Shown one piece after another: positions 20,167 through 30,368 of a DNA stretch of 64,000 bases. The stretch is from an uncultured Lachnospiraceae bacterium. Lineage in GTDB: Bacteria > Bacillota > Clostridia > Lachnospirales > Lachnospiraceae. The stretch lies in the NCBI GenBank assembly GCA_946543465.1, contig CAMNLR010000149.1:8845-72844 (forward strand), in the 5' to 3' direction. The position numbers and the translations under genes are program-made. How positions within the stretch are numbered: position 1 is the stretch's first letter; every line of letters begins with the position of its first letter. Below the pieces are notes generated by a model. That model had not been told where the DNA came from and made no database searches. It saw nothing but the letters and a program-made list of their open reading frames with translations.

Positions 20167-21311
20167 ATACAAAAAAAGATAAAGCAGCCTCCGTCGATTG
20201 GGGCTCGGTCCTCCGGCAGGCATCCGTCCCGATCATGTTCATTATTATCTGCGCCTTCTGTATTCCGATCTCCGGCCTCTCCGCAAACATGCTGATCAAC
20301 GAGATCGTGACCCGTATGGGACGAAACTCCTTCCTGATCCTGAGTCTGCTGATCCCGATCATGGCCGGCATGGGCCTGAACTTCGGTATGACTCTGGGAG
20401 CCATGGCAGCAGAGATTGCCCTGATTCTGGTCTCTGACTGGCAGATCGTGGGTATCCCCGGAATGGTGCTTGCAGTGATCATTTCCATACCGATCTCCAT
20501 CCTGCTCGGTATTTTCTGCGGCAAGATTCTGAATGAGGCAAAGGGCCGTGAGATGATCACCAGCTATATCATGAGCTTCTTCGTCAACGGTATCTATCAG
20601 CTGGTCGTCCTCTACCTGATGGGCAGCATCATTCCCATCAAGCACACATCGATCAAGCTTCCCCGCGGATACGGCATCCGCAATACGGTCTCCCTTCTGG
20701 GCATGCGCCAGAAGCTGGATAACCTCCTGGCCATCAATGTCGCGGGAGTCAAGATCCCCGTTCTGACCTTTATCATCATCGGCCTCCTGTGCCTCTTCAT
20801 CGTGTGGTTCCGCCGCACCAAGCTGGGACAGGACATGCGTGCCGTCGGACAGGATATGGAAGTTGCCCGTGACGCCGGCATCAACGTCGAGCGCACAAGG
20901 ATCATCTCCATCGTCATGTCGACCGTTCTGGCAGGCATCGGCATGGTCATTTATCTTCAGAACATGGGCAACATCGCGACCTACAGCGCACACAGCCAGA
21001 TCGGTATGTTCTGTATCGCCGCCCTTCTGGTCGGCGGCGCCTCTGTAGACCGCGCCTCGATCGGCAACGTCTTCCTGGGCGTCATCCTCTTCCACACCAT
21101 GTTCATCGTCGCTCCCCGCGCAGGCGCTTACATTACCGGCGACTCCATGATCGGCGAGTACTTCCGCGTATTCGTGTCCTACGCAGTTATCACGGTCGCC
21201 CTGATCATGTATGAGACCAACAAGCGCAGGATGCGCAGCGCTGCGGGACAGCAGCTTGCAGCCGCGCAGGAGGCCGAGGAAGCCTCTGCCAAAGGAGGTG
21301 AGCAGGCATGA
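20163..21311 (+). CDS. ABC transporter permease
   Basis: Multi-TM; TKLGQDMRAVGQD..AGIN; ATGA overlap with the previous gene. Confidence 0.9.
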   Translation: MNTKKDKAASVDWGSVLRQASVPIMFIIICAFCIPISGLSANMLINEIVTRMGRNSFLILSLLIPIMAGMGLNFGMTLGAMAAEIALILVSDWQIVGIPGMVLAVIISIPISILLGIFCGKILNEAKGREMITSYIMSFFVNGIYQLVVLYLMGSIIPIKHTSIKLPRGYGIRNTVSLLGMRQKLDNLLAINVAGVKIPVLTFIIIGLLCLFIVWFRRTKLGQDMRAVGQDMEVARDAGINVERTRIISIVMSTVLAGIGMVIYLQNMGNIATYSAHSQIGMFCIAALLVGGASVDRASIGNVFLGVILFHTMFIVAPRAGAYITGDSMIGEYFRVFVSYAVITVALIMYETNKRRMRSAAGQQLAAAQEAEEASAKGGEQA

Positions 21312-21781
21312 AGAATAAAAGACAGCTGATCTTCAGAATCGCCGCTCTTGCGATCATTCTGGTCATCGCAGCCGCCATGTTTGTGGTCGGCCGCGGCCAT
21401 ACGATCTATTTTGACAACAAGACCCTGGAGTACAACGGCCAGGAGTACAAGGCCTATCACAAAGTCAAAGTCATTGTGGACGGCAAAGAAGTCGCAAAGC
21501 TTTCCGAGCGCGACAGAGGCATGGCGGATATCATGGGACAGACCCTAACCATGACTCTGGAGATCACGGATGAAAAGGACAGTGCACCGCATTCCCACAA
21601 GGTCTCCATGAGTGTTCCTTACAGCATGGACGGCATCATCATCAATATCCCCGCTTTGATGGCGGGCCAGCCCGAGGACGCCTATCTGTCCGAGTTCGTC
21701 ATCGTCGCTCCTGAGGAGGACGAGGAAGAAGAGGTCAACACCGATGAATTCGACATGGGCGAGGATATGGGAGACATCTGA
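21308..21781 (+). CDS. Membrane-anchored accessory protein of DUF3798 operons (DUF6672-like)
   Basis: N-terminal TM followed by GRGHTIYFDNK; ATGA coupling; GGAGG RBS; acidic tail. Confidence 0.75.
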   Translation: MKNKRQLIFRIAALAIILVIAAAMFVVGRGHTIYFDNKTLEYNGQEYKAYHKVKVIVDGKEVAKLSERDRGMADIMGQTLTMTLEITDEKDSAPHSHKVSMSVPYSMDGIIINIPALMAGQPEDAYLSEFVIVAPEEDEEEEVNTDEFDMGEDMGDI

Positions 21782-21841
21782 TCCCACAATCTTCGGGACC
21801 TCACTTTGAACACAATAGAGAGTTCCACTGTTTGAAAAATG

Positions 21842-21895
21842 AAAAACCGGAGGATGATCCGCCCCTGCACACGGGGCGGCGTCCTTCGGTTTTTT
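21842..21895 (+). terminator. Intrinsic terminator
   Basis: Long GC-rich stem AAAAACCGGAGGA...TCCTTCGGTTTTTT. Confidence 0.75.
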
Positions 21896-22038
21896 GCGGT
21901 TTTTTTGTCCTTTGCGGAGGGAAGTGCTATAATAGTGCGGATGTCAGCGGGCATCGGTCAGCGGGCAGGCAGTGGTTCGTGCCGCCGGCAGCAGAGGCCT
22001 CTGCTGATGCAAGGGATCATACGAAAGGACGTTGAAAA

Positions 22039-22746
22039 ATGACAAGAAAGAAAAGCAATGACAAAAAAGTGAAAATTTTTGCAGCAGCGGCGGCCGCCCT
22101 GTGCTGCATCTGGCTGCTGGCAGGCTGCGGCGGCGGGGGAGCAGCGCAGAGCACTGAGGAGAGCGGCGGCAAGGAAGAAGCCGCCGGGACAGAGACGCAG
22201 ACAGAGAATAAGGAAAATACGGGCAATCCTGCGGATACAGTGGACACCTCAGCCATGGACCACGTGCAGATCAATGTAAAGGATTACGGCACCATCACCC
22301 TGGCACTGGATGCGGAGGCTGCTCCGGCGACAGTTGAGAACTTCGAGAAGCTGGTAAAGGAAGGTTTCTATGACGGCCTTACTTTCCATCGCATCATAGA
22401 CGGCTTCATGATCCAGGGAGGCGATCCCCTGGGAAACGGCACGGGCGGCTCGGATGAGACCATTGTCGGCGAATTTGCCTCCAACGGCCATGACAACCCC
22501 ATCAGCCACGTAAAGGGAGTCATCTCCATGGCCAGAGCCCAGAATCCCGATTCGGCCAGTTCTCAGTTCTTTATCACTGTGGCGGACTCCACCTTCCTGG
22601 ACGGAGAATATGCGGCTTTCGGCTATGTGACGGAGGGAATGGAGGTCGTAGAGCAGATTGCGAAGGATGCAGAACCCATAGACGGCAACGGAACGATCCC
22701 GCCGGAGGCCCAGCCCGTGATCGAGAGTATCGTGATGTCAGAATAA
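22039..22746 (+). CDS. Cyclophilin-type peptidyl-prolyl isomerase, lipoprotein
   Basis: FYDGLTFHRIIDGFMIQGGDP, SMAR and SQFFI motifs; lipobox LAGC. Confidence 0.93.
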   Translation: MTRKKSNDKKVKIFAAAAAALCCIWLLAGCGGGGAAQSTEESGGKEEAAGTETQTENKENTGNPADTVDTSAMDHVQINVKDYGTITLALDAEAAPATVENFEKLVKEGFYDGLTFHRIIDGFMIQGGDPLGNGTGGSDETIVGEFASNGHDNPISHVKGVISMARAQNPDSASSQFFITVADSTFLDGEYAAFGYVTEGMEVVEQIAKDAEPIDGNGTIPPEAQPVIESIVMSE

Positions 22747-22752
22747 GGGCAT

Positions 22753-22800
22753 AAAAACAGCTGCCGGAACCCTGTAAAAAGGATTCCGGCAGCTGTTTTT
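22753..22800. terminator. Bidirectional intrinsic terminator
   Basis: AAAAACAGCTGCCGGAA/TTCCGGCAGCTGTTTTT. Confidence 0.85.
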
Positions 22801-22867
22801 ACCTGTTCAATTGTCTGTGCGGTCATTCTGCGGGGACAGGGAACCCTGCCGAAGGGATTGTTTTTTT

Positions 22868-23545
22868 TTATTCAAGTCCCTCTGCGGAGAAGAGCTTTTC
22901 TCCCAGCTTCTGGCCGTCTTCCTCGCTGACGCCGTAGAGATTATTCTCTTCATCCATCAGACCGTAGTGCACGATCACATCTTCAGCGGGGCCGTATTCA
23001 GGATTTTCGAGGTTCCCGTTGAGGACGTCAAAGATCTTGGAGAATACCAGGTTGGTGACTTCCTCTTCACTCATGGACAGGACGGAAGTGTCGCTCAGCA
23101 GATCGACCATCACGTTTGACATGGTTTCCTCCGCGCCGTTGAAGATCTTCAGAGGTTCGACGGAGACGGTCACGTCATATCCGACTTTGCCGTTGTCATC
23201 AGTCTTGACGGCGTCTGTCACGGTATATTTGCATTTCGCCAGAGCATTGATGATGAATTCGCGGAACTGGTCCTTGATCTCATCGCTGAGTTCGTATTCG
23301 CTCGCAGCCTGGTTGAGCATTTCCTCAATGATGGCATCGCGGGCCTCGGTCTCTTTGCCCTCTTCGATATCGGAGAACTTGATGGACTTGTCGTATTCAC
23401 CGGTGCAGAGCAGCTTGACTACAGAGTCTACATATTTTTTTGCATCCTCGTCTGTAGGCTCTTTTTTGCCGCAGCCGCTGAGCATGAGAGCCATGACCAT
23501 GACAGAAGCCAGCAGAACAGCGATGATCCTGAAGTGCTTTTTCAT
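22868..23545 (-). CDS. Hypothetical acidic lipoprotein
   Basis: GGAGGA RBS, signal peptide and lipobox LSGC. Confidence 0.82.
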   Translation of the reverse strand: MKKHFRIIAVLLASVMVMALMLSGCGKKEPTDEDAKKYVDSVVKLLCTGEYDKSIKFSDIEEGKETEARDAIIEEMLNQAASEYELSDEIKDQFREFIINALAKCKYTVTDAVKTDDNGKVGYDVTVSVEPLKIFNGAEETMSNVMVDLLSDTSVLSMSEEEVTNLVFSKIFDVLNGNLENPEYGPAEDVIVHYGLMDEENNLYGVSEEDGQKLGEKLFSAEGLE

Positions 23546-23808
23546 ATTTAATCCTCCCAAAAATGTTATAGATAACAGTGATCTCTGTGCCTGCGCTCTG
23601 AACAAGCGGCACTGCATATGCACAGAATACAGTAAGTATAACCAAAAAACGCGTATACGTCAAAGAAAAGCCATGCGGACTGATACAGCTCCCCTGTCCG
23701 TCTGTTTTCCGGGAAGCCGGCGCAATTGTTTAATAAAGAGCGGCATGCTATACTTATTCCGACCGGGCAGAAGCTGTGCAGTATGTTCGGTACAGTGACT
23801 GACAGACC

Positions 23809-26778
23809 GTGAAATACATGCTTTTACAAACGGTGAAACCTATGGAAATGAACGAAATTGTCACCCGTGTGGAGGAGGCCGATACCATTGTGAGGGAACA
23901 GATCGTTCCCGGCGGCCCTGACAGCAGCCGCTATGCCCTGCCGGAGGGGACGGTCCTGGACGAGAGATACCGGATCCTGCGCGTGATCGGCCAGGGCGGT
24001 TTCGGCATCACCTATGAGGCACTGCATATCCACAACGGAAATCATGTGGCGGTCAAGGAGTATTTTTGCAGGGATTTCTGTGGAAGGGATACTACCTGCA
24101 CAGGCACAAACGGATGCAATGTCCGCATTCTGGACTCTACACAGTCCGCCCAGTTCCGGTCGGATCTGGACCGCTTCCTAAAAGAGGCCAGAATACTGCA
24201 CGACTTTGCAGGTGAAGAGGCCATTGTCACAGTCCTGGACTATTTCGAGGCCAACGACACCGCCTATATCGTGATGGAATATCTGGACGGCACAACCCTG
24301 CGCGAAAAGATCCCCGCGGAAGGCCGCTGGGGGATGGAGAAGGTCGTCCGCTCTTTCGGACCCGTCATGCAGGCTCTGGAGCATGTGCACAGCGCCGGCG
24401 TCATCCACCGCGACATCAGCCCCGACAATCTGATGTGCATGCCGGACGGAACGCTGCGTCTGCTGGATTTCGGGGCGGCCAGGAAATTTGACAATGTGCA
24501 GACGACGCACTCGGTCATTTACAAAGCCTACTATTCCGCGCCCGAGCAGAGGGACGAAAAAGGTGTCCTGGGCAGCTGGACGGATGTCTACGGACTGTGC
24601 AGTACCATGTACTACTGCCTCACAGGCAAAGAGCCCGAGGATGTGCTCACCAGACTTTTGTACGATGATATGGAACGGCCGTCCGACAGGGGGGCCGACA
24701 TCCTGCCCCAGGCGGAGCGGACTCTGATGAAAGGCCTGGAACTGGACCGCGGAGCCCGGGTGCAGGATATGGGGAAGCTGCGCTCCGAACTGGAGAAAGT
24801 GTATCCCCCTGTCTCGGAGGATGAAAAAAAGCGCGGCAGGGCGCGCAGAAAGCGCAGAAGACGGGTGATCGCAGCTCTGGCCGCGGCCCTGGTCCTGTGC
24901 GCGGCAGTCTGTGCATTTGTCTTCCGGACCCGGATCAGATTTCAGTTTATTGATACCCAGACGACTGTCCTCAACGGCGAGGACATGACCCCCGAGGAGT
25001 TTGCGCAGAGCAGCGCCGGCGCAAAGAGGCGCGTCAGTGCCCTGGCCGGAGACGGGGGATTTCTGTGGGAGGAACACGGACAGCAGATTGAATTTACAGT
25101 CCCCGCAGATGTTTACAGGGGACAGGATCCGGAAACCGTCGTCTGGTCGGGCATCAGCCGACGCATGACCGTCAGACTCAATGTCCGGGACAGGCAGAAT
25201 GTGAATGAGGACGGGGAGACAGTGCTGGAGTACCGCGCTGTGGATGTGCTGCACCAGGAAGAGGATATTGAGGGCCTGGAGGAGACAGAAGAGGGGCTGG
25301 TACTGACTTTTTCCGATCAGGCAAAGGAAGAGCTGGCCTCTGTTTTGAATACTTCCGGCACGGAGGCTGTCCTGATCTGGGATGAATACGACGAGGTGAC
25401 TGAAAAAGTCGAAAGCCGTTACACCTATGACAGCTGTGTCACTACCGGGGACGGAGAGAGTCTCCTCCTCAAGCCTCTCGAGGAAAACGAGATTTTCTTT
25501 CCTTTCCCTCTTATACAGGAACTGCTGACCAGTGATCCCCTGCCGGCCGCTTTTCGTGAACAGTCGGCATGGAGAACCAGGTGGGAAGATCCCGGCAGCA
25601 CTCTGCTGCCCGGCAAATATCAGTGCAGGGTCAACGAAGTCCCCGGGCCGTCAATCTCGATCCGGTATGGCTCCACCACTTCGGCAGATTATGAGGACGA
25701 TACCGGGTACAGGGCTTCGCTTCTGAGTTTCCAGGCAATTCTCAAGAACAGGCTGGACAGTCTGGAAGTGCCCTATGCCGTGGGCGTCAATCTCAATGAT
25801 CAGAACGAATTTGTAGTCCGGGTACCGATCGAAAGTGTTTACAGGGAAGAACTGCAGCATCTCGGCGAGAGCCTGTGGATCCACCTGGGAAGTGACCGCG
25901 CCTATTCCAACGACGGAATCTACGGGTCCCTTCTGAAAGTACACAGGGAAGAGGATTCCGATACATTTGAACTGGCTCTTGTCACCGAAGAAGGTTACCG
26001 TTCGGACGAAATTGTCAAGCTGCTTCAGACCATGGAGGAACAGGGAAAGAAGGAAGTCTACCTGTATTTCGACGACAAGGCGGTCGCTGCGGGAGATCTG
26101 AAGAGTGCCGTAAAGACCATGGGGGAAAGCCGGGAGATCCGCTTTACGCGCTGGCTGTTTCCCGAACATCCTGACATGACCCGGGATACGGAACACTTGG
26201 CAAGATATATCGCCGCATGTATCGTTGAGGGCCCGCAGGACGGATTCTACATGCATGAGACGGAAATATGCGATGACCGAGGGAAAGTCGACTATTTCAG
26301 CGAGGAAGTGCCCGAGGGAGTATTTCAGAGCAGGGCACAGCAGCTGGCTGAAAAATGGGAAAAGGAGTCCCTGGGGCAGGGCACATCTGACTGGGCATAC
26401 AGAGCAGATGAAGATTCACTGTCACTGGATTACCGGAACTGCCCGATCGAGGATCCCGGGGCTGCGCTCGCTCCCTTCATGGAGCTGTATGAGAAAGAAG
26501 ACCTGGGAAGCGGCGGAATCAAATACCTGTATGTCAGCCTGCATGATTCCGGACCGGGAGAAGAGTACGGTGTGGAGATCAACCTGAGCCTGTGGGCGGA
26601 TTTTGAAAAGGACGCCATGCTGATCAGCGATTACTGCACTATGTACTATAATTCAAAAAAAGGAGCACCGCCTTCCGGGCTCGAGGACCTGTACAACGAC
26701 TATCTGGAGAAGACCCCCTTCTGGAAGGAGAAAATCGCTCCGGATCGGGAGAAACCCGTTTTCACCCCCCTGGAATAA
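23809..26778 (+). CDS. Membrane Ser/Thr protein kinase with large extracellular region (SecD P1-like units); start may be ATG 23842
   Basis: IGQGGFGITY, VAVKEYF, HRDISPDN, LLDFG and APEQ motifs; basic patch followed by TM helix. Confidence 0.9.
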   Translation: MKYMLLQTVKPMEMNEIVTRVEEADTIVREQIVPGGPDSSRYALPEGTVLDERYRILRVIGQGGFGITYEALHIHNGNHVAVKEYFCRDFCGRDTTCTGTNGCNVRILDSTQSAQFRSDLDRFLKEARILHDFAGEEAIVTVLDYFEANDTAYIVMEYLDGTTLREKIPAEGRWGMEKVVRSFGPVMQALEHVHSAGVIHRDISPDNLMCMPDGTLRLLDFGAARKFDNVQTTHSVIYKAYYSAPEQRDEKGVLGSWTDVYGLCSTMYYCLTGKEPEDVLTRLLYDDMERPSDRGADILPQAERTLMKGLELDRGARVQDMGKLRSELEKVYPPVSEDEKKRGRARRKRRRRVIAALAAALVLCAAVCAFVFRTRIRFQFIDTQTTVLNGEDMTPEEFAQSSAGAKRRVSALAGDGGFLWEEHGQQIEFTVPADVYRGQDPETVVWSGISRRMTVRLNVRDRQNVNEDGETVLEYRAVDVLHQEEDIEGLEETEEGLVLTFSDQAKEELASVLNTSGTEAVLIWDEYDEVTEKVESRYTYDSCVTTGDGESLLLKPLEENEIFFPFPLIQELLTSDPLPAAFREQSAWRTRWEDPGSTLLPGKYQCRVNEVPGPSISIRYGSTTSADYEDDTGYRASLLSFQAILKNRLDSLEVPYAVGVNLNDQNEFVVRVPIESVYREELQHLGESLWIHLGSDRAYSNDGIYGSLLKVHREEDSDTFELALVTEEGYRSDEIVKLLQTMEEQGKKEVYLYFDDKAVAAGDLKSAVKTMGESREIRFTRWLFPEHPDMTRDTEHLARYIAACIVEGPQDGFYMHETEICDDRGKVDYFSEEVPEGVFQSRAQQLAEKWEKESLGQGTSDWAYRADEDSLSLDYRNCPIEDPGAALAPFMELYEKEDLGSGGIKYLYVSLHDSGPGEEYGVEINLSLWADFEKDAMLISDYCTMYYNSKKGAPPSGLEDLYNDYLEKTPFWKEKIAPDREKPVFTPLE

Positions 26779-26805
26779 TAGATTCAGGACCCGCCTGTGA
26801 ATAAT

Positions 26806-26843
26806 GCGCCCCGCGCCGGAGCTTTCCGGCAGCGGGGCTTTTT
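26806..26843 (+). terminator. Intrinsic terminator
   Basis: GCCCCGCGCCGGA/TCCGGCAGCGGGGC followed by TTTTT. Confidence 0.75.
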
Positions 26844-27056
26844 GCATGCCTGATCTCCGGGCATGCGGCAGTGCATACCTGCCCGGTGCAGGGCTGACTT
26901 ATGAGTACGGATTCGGCGGGGAAGACGCTGTCCTTCCAAGTCTTTGCAGGGGGTTGCAGGGCAGAGACATTGCGGCCGCGTATCCGGCCGGCAGGACCCG
27001 AAAGCAAGTTTTTAACATAAAAGTAACAAAAAAAGACAAGAAATAATGAATATTAA

Positions 27057-27132
27057 TAGTTGACAAAATGTTTACTGACGGTATAATGGATTTTAGCTCC
27101 GGGTTTAGTGACAGAAAGATTATTGTTTACTA
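27057..27132 (+). promoter_or_regulatory. SigA promoter of the pot operon with repeated TGTTTACT-like half-sites (probable repressor operator)
   Basis: TTGACA(27060)-16 bp-TATAAT(27082); TGTTTACT at 27069 and 27124. Confidence 0.6.
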
Positions 27133-27257
27133 TGCGGAGCTGTTTTTATGCCTTCACAAGCGTCTTTTATTTCCGCAGACTTTTTCTGACCCCAAGGCGG
27201 GGAAATCAGACGCACCGACAGGCGGAATGTTGGGAAAAATAAAAGAGGGATAAGGAT

Positions 27258-27812
27258 ATGGATACAGCGGATGTCAACAATTATATAGGAGAAAGAATCC
27301 GGGATCTGCGAAATCGCAACGGATTGACACAGCAGGAACTGGCAGACAGGACAGAACTTACTAAAGGCTTTATCTCACAGCTTGAACGCGGACAGGTGTC
27401 TGCCTCTGTAGTCACCCTGTTCGACCTTATTGAATGCCTGGGGACCACACCTGCGGAGTTTTTTCGCAATGAAGATGAAAAAGTCGTTTTTTCTGAGAAC
27501 GAATACTTTGAAAAAATAGACGAAGAGGGCAACAGCATCCAGTGGATCGTGCCCTCCGCCCAGAAATATCAGATGGAGCCTCTCCTTGTGGCAGTTGCGC
27601 CCCACGGCACTCTCGAGGAGGACAAACCTCACAACGGAGAGGAATTCGGCTATCTCATCAGCGGAAAGCTCAACCTCCACCTGGGCGAAAAGGTATATCA
27701 CATCAAGGCCGGAGAGAGCTTCTATTACCAGGCCGCCAAAACACACTACCTGTCCAACCCGGGCAGCCGGCCCGCCAAACTGATCTGGATCAGTTCTCCC
27801 CCGGAGTTTTGA
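27258..27812 (+). CDS. XRE-HTH plus cupin transcriptional regulator (PuuR-like)
   Basis: LTQQELADRTELTKGFISQLERG HTH; HNGEEFGY cupin motif; directly upstream of pot genes. Confidence 0.9.
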   Translation: MDTADVNNYIGERIRDLRNRNGLTQQELADRTELTKGFISQLERGQVSASVVTLFDLIECLGTTPAEFFRNEDEKVVFSENEYFEKIDEEGNSIQWIVPSAQKYQMEPLLVAVAPHGTLEEDKPHNGEEFGYLISGKLNLHLGEKVYHIKAGESFYYQAAKTHYLSNPGSRPAKLIWISSPPEF

Positions 27813-28077
27813 AAAACAGCGAGGAAAAGTTGAAACGAATGCCATGCTTGCATGAGCATTCGTGAAACCTTGACGAGCGTCCCTCAATGAGGACAGAGCG
27901 GTGTGCCGCGGGTCCGAATTGAGGCAGCGATGCGGGAGTGCGGAGCACGAAGCAGCGCGGGGTTTTTCAAAACAGAAAGAAAACAGCGAGGAAAAGTTGA
28001 AACGAATGCCATGCCTGCATGAGCATTCGTGAAACCTTGACGAGCGTCCGGGGGTGAGGACAGAGCGGCATGCCGCG
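27813..28077 (+). repeat. Two ~98-bp direct copies (27813-27910 and 27980-28077) of a hairpin-forming REP-like element
   Basis: ACAGCGAGGAAAAGTTGAAACGAATGCCATGC...CCTTGACGAGCGTCC repeated with period 167. Confidence 0.9.
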
Positions 28078-28104
28078 ACAATACCATACTATGAGGAAAA
28101 ATCT

Positions 28105-29550
28105 ATGGAAAACAAAGACACGATTATCGAACTGAGGGGAATCAGCAAAGTCTTCGAAGACGACGGCTTCAAGGCAGTGGACAATTTTAATCTTGAGGTG
28201 AAACGGGGCGAATTTGTCACGTTTCTGGGACCCTCGGGCTGCGGAAAGACGACGACACTCCGCATGATCGCGGGATTTGATGTGCCCACAGAGGGCGACA
28301 TCCTTCTGAACGGAAAATCCATTATAGGGCTCCCGCCCTACGAGAGGCCGATCAACACGGTCTTCCAGCGCTATGCCCTTTTTCCCCATATGAATGTATA
28401 TGACAACATCGCCTTCGGACTGCGGCAGAAGAAGACTCCCAAAGACATGATCGACCGGAAGGTGGGCCGTGTCCTGGAACTGGTGGATCTGGAGGGATTC
28501 GAGCGCCGCGCCATCCGGACCCTGTCCGGCGGACAGCAGCAGAGGATCGCAATTGCGCGCGCCCTGGTGAATGAGCCGGAGATCCTGCTTCTGGACGAGC
28601 CTCTGGGAGCCCTGGACCTCAAAATGCGCAAAGAGATGCAGCTTGAGCTCAAGGATATGCACGACAAGCTGGGGATCACCTTTATCTATGTCACACACGA
28701 TCAGGAGGAGGCGCTGACCATGTCCGACAAGATCGTTGTCATGAGCGAGGGCCGCACCCAGCAGATCGGCACGCCGGAGGATATCTACAATGAACCGGCA
28801 AATGCCTTTGTCGCGGACTTTATCGGCGAGAGCAATATTTTCAACGGCATGATGACAGGACACCTCAGGGCCCGCTTCTGCGGCGGCGAATTTGACTGCG
28901 TAGACGACTTCGAAGAGGGCACCCATATCACGGCGGTCGTGCGTCCCGAGGACGTGGAGATCACAGCGCCCGGCAATGGCACCATCAACGGTGTCGTGGA
29001 CAGCGTCATTTTCAAGGGGATCCACTACGAGATCACCGTTCTGTCGGGCAAAAACGAGATCGTCATCCAGACCGTGCGCAATGCCCGCGTGGGTGACCGC
29101 GTCGGCCTCAGAGTGGATCCGGAAAACATCCACATCATGCTGGCGGAGGACCACACCAACCTCTTCTATGCCGATGTCAACCATGATTTCCGTCTCGAAT
29201 ACAACGGCCATCATCTCGATACGAGTCTGACCCGTATCATCAAGGGCAGCAAGCGCCGTGAGGACGGCACTGTCGTCGATGCAAACGGAGACATTCTGGA
29301 GCCCGGCAGGGTGAGGATCCTTGTCTCCCTCATGCCCGATGATATCGAGATGACGGATGACCAGGATGCCGGCCTTATCCAGGGCACGATCAGCAACCTG
29401 ATCTACAAGGGCGACCACTACAGCTACATCATCCACACGGAGCTGGAACAGGATTTCGTCGTCAACGACGAGGACCTGTGGAATATGGGCGACCGCGTCA
29501 GTCTCCTGATGCCTGTGGACAAGATGAAATTTACGCTCAAGAAAAAGTAA
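28105..29550 (+). CDS. potA: Spermidine/putrescine ABC transporter ATPase with extended C-terminus
   Basis: GPSGCGKTT, NTVFQRYALFPHM, LSGGQQQR and YVTHDQEEALTMSD motifs. Confidence 0.92.
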   Translation: MENKDTIIELRGISKVFEDDGFKAVDNFNLEVKRGEFVTFLGPSGCGKTTTLRMIAGFDVPTEGDILLNGKSIIGLPPYERPINTVFQRYALFPHMNVYDNIAFGLRQKKTPKDMIDRKVGRVLELVDLEGFERRAIRTLSGGQQQRIAIARALVNEPEILLLDEPLGALDLKMRKEMQLELKDMHDKLGITFIYVTHDQEEALTMSDKIVVMSEGRTQQIGTPEDIYNEPANAFVADFIGESNIFNGMMTGHLRARFCGGEFDCVDDFEEGTHITAVVRPEDVEITAPGNGTINGVVDSVIFKGIHYEITVLSGKNEIVIQTVRNARVGDRVGLRVDPENIHIMLAEDHTNLFYADVNHDFRLEYNGHHLDTSLTRIIKGSKRREDGTVVDANGDILEPGRVRILVSLMPDDIEMTDDQDAGLIQGTISNLIYKGDHYSYIIHTELEQDFVVNDEDLWNMGDRVSLLMPVDKMKFTLKKK

Positions 29551-29582
29551 TGGCTGCATGCGGCTTAAAGAGGTATAAATAG

Positions 29583-30368
29583 ATGCATTTTTCCCGAAAG
29601 AGTCTGGGCATTCCATATGCCGTATTCCTGGTAATTTTTGTGGCGGCACCCCTGCTGTTCCTGTTCTATTACGCCTTTACCAACGGGCAGGGGCAGTTCA
29701 CTGTCTGGAATTTTACCCATTTCTTTACAGATCCCAATACACTGGGAACTCTGTACTATAGTTTGCTGCTTGCGCTGGTCACAACGCTGGTCTGCCTGCT
29801 GCTGGCTTATCCGGTGGCCTATTTTCTGGCGACCGGCACAATGCACACAAAGCCGGTGATCCTGATGCTCTTTGTGATGCCTATGTGGATCAACTTCTCC
29901 CTGCGCATCACTGCGCTCAAGGAGATCCTGAACGTGCTGGAGGGGAATCTTGCCATGCACCCCTTCCTGAACGCGGTCGTCGGTATGACTTATGACTTTC
30001 TGCCCTTCATGATCCTGCCCATCTACACGACGATTTCCCGCCTGGACGGAGCACTGCGTGAGGCGGCTATGGATCTGGGCGCCAACAGGGTGCAGACCTT
30101 CCTGCGCGTGACCCTTCCCCTGTCAGTGCCCGGCATCATCAGCGGCGTGTCCATGGTCTTCCTTCCTGCCATGACCAACTATGTTGTCCTGGATATGCTG
30201 TACAACAGCACCTATATCATGGGAAGCCTGATCGGAAGCTATTTTTCCGCCTACAACTGGCACGGCGGATCGATGATCTCCCTGATCCTGCTTGCCCTGA
30301 TCTGCATCTTCACATTGCTGACCGGCAATGAGGAGGAATCTGTCGGGAGAGGAGGTGCGCTGCTGTGA
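29583..30368 (+). CDS. potB: Spermidine/putrescine ABC permease
   Basis: PMWIN, FLPFMILPIY and EAAMDLGA loop. Confidence 0.9.
   Translation: MHFSRKSLGIPYAVFLVIFVAAPLLFLFYYAFTNGQGQFTVWNFTHFFTDPNTLGTLYYSLLLALVTTLVCLLLAYPVAYFLATGTMHTKPVILMLFVMPMWINFSLRITALKEILNVLEGNLAMHPFLNAVVGMTYDFLPFMILPIYTTISRLDGALREAAMDLGANRVQTFLRVTLPLSVPGIISGVSMVFLPAMTNYVVLDMLYNSTYIMGSLIGSYFSAYNWHGGSMISLILLALICIFTLLTGNEEESVGRGGALL

Noticed and set aside
27813-27925. Hammerhead ribozyme resemblance (TTGACGA, GAAAC, ATGAGGAC..GTCCGAA)
   Set aside because: Core elements are not arranged around three compatible stems, and the cleavage triplet would be GUG
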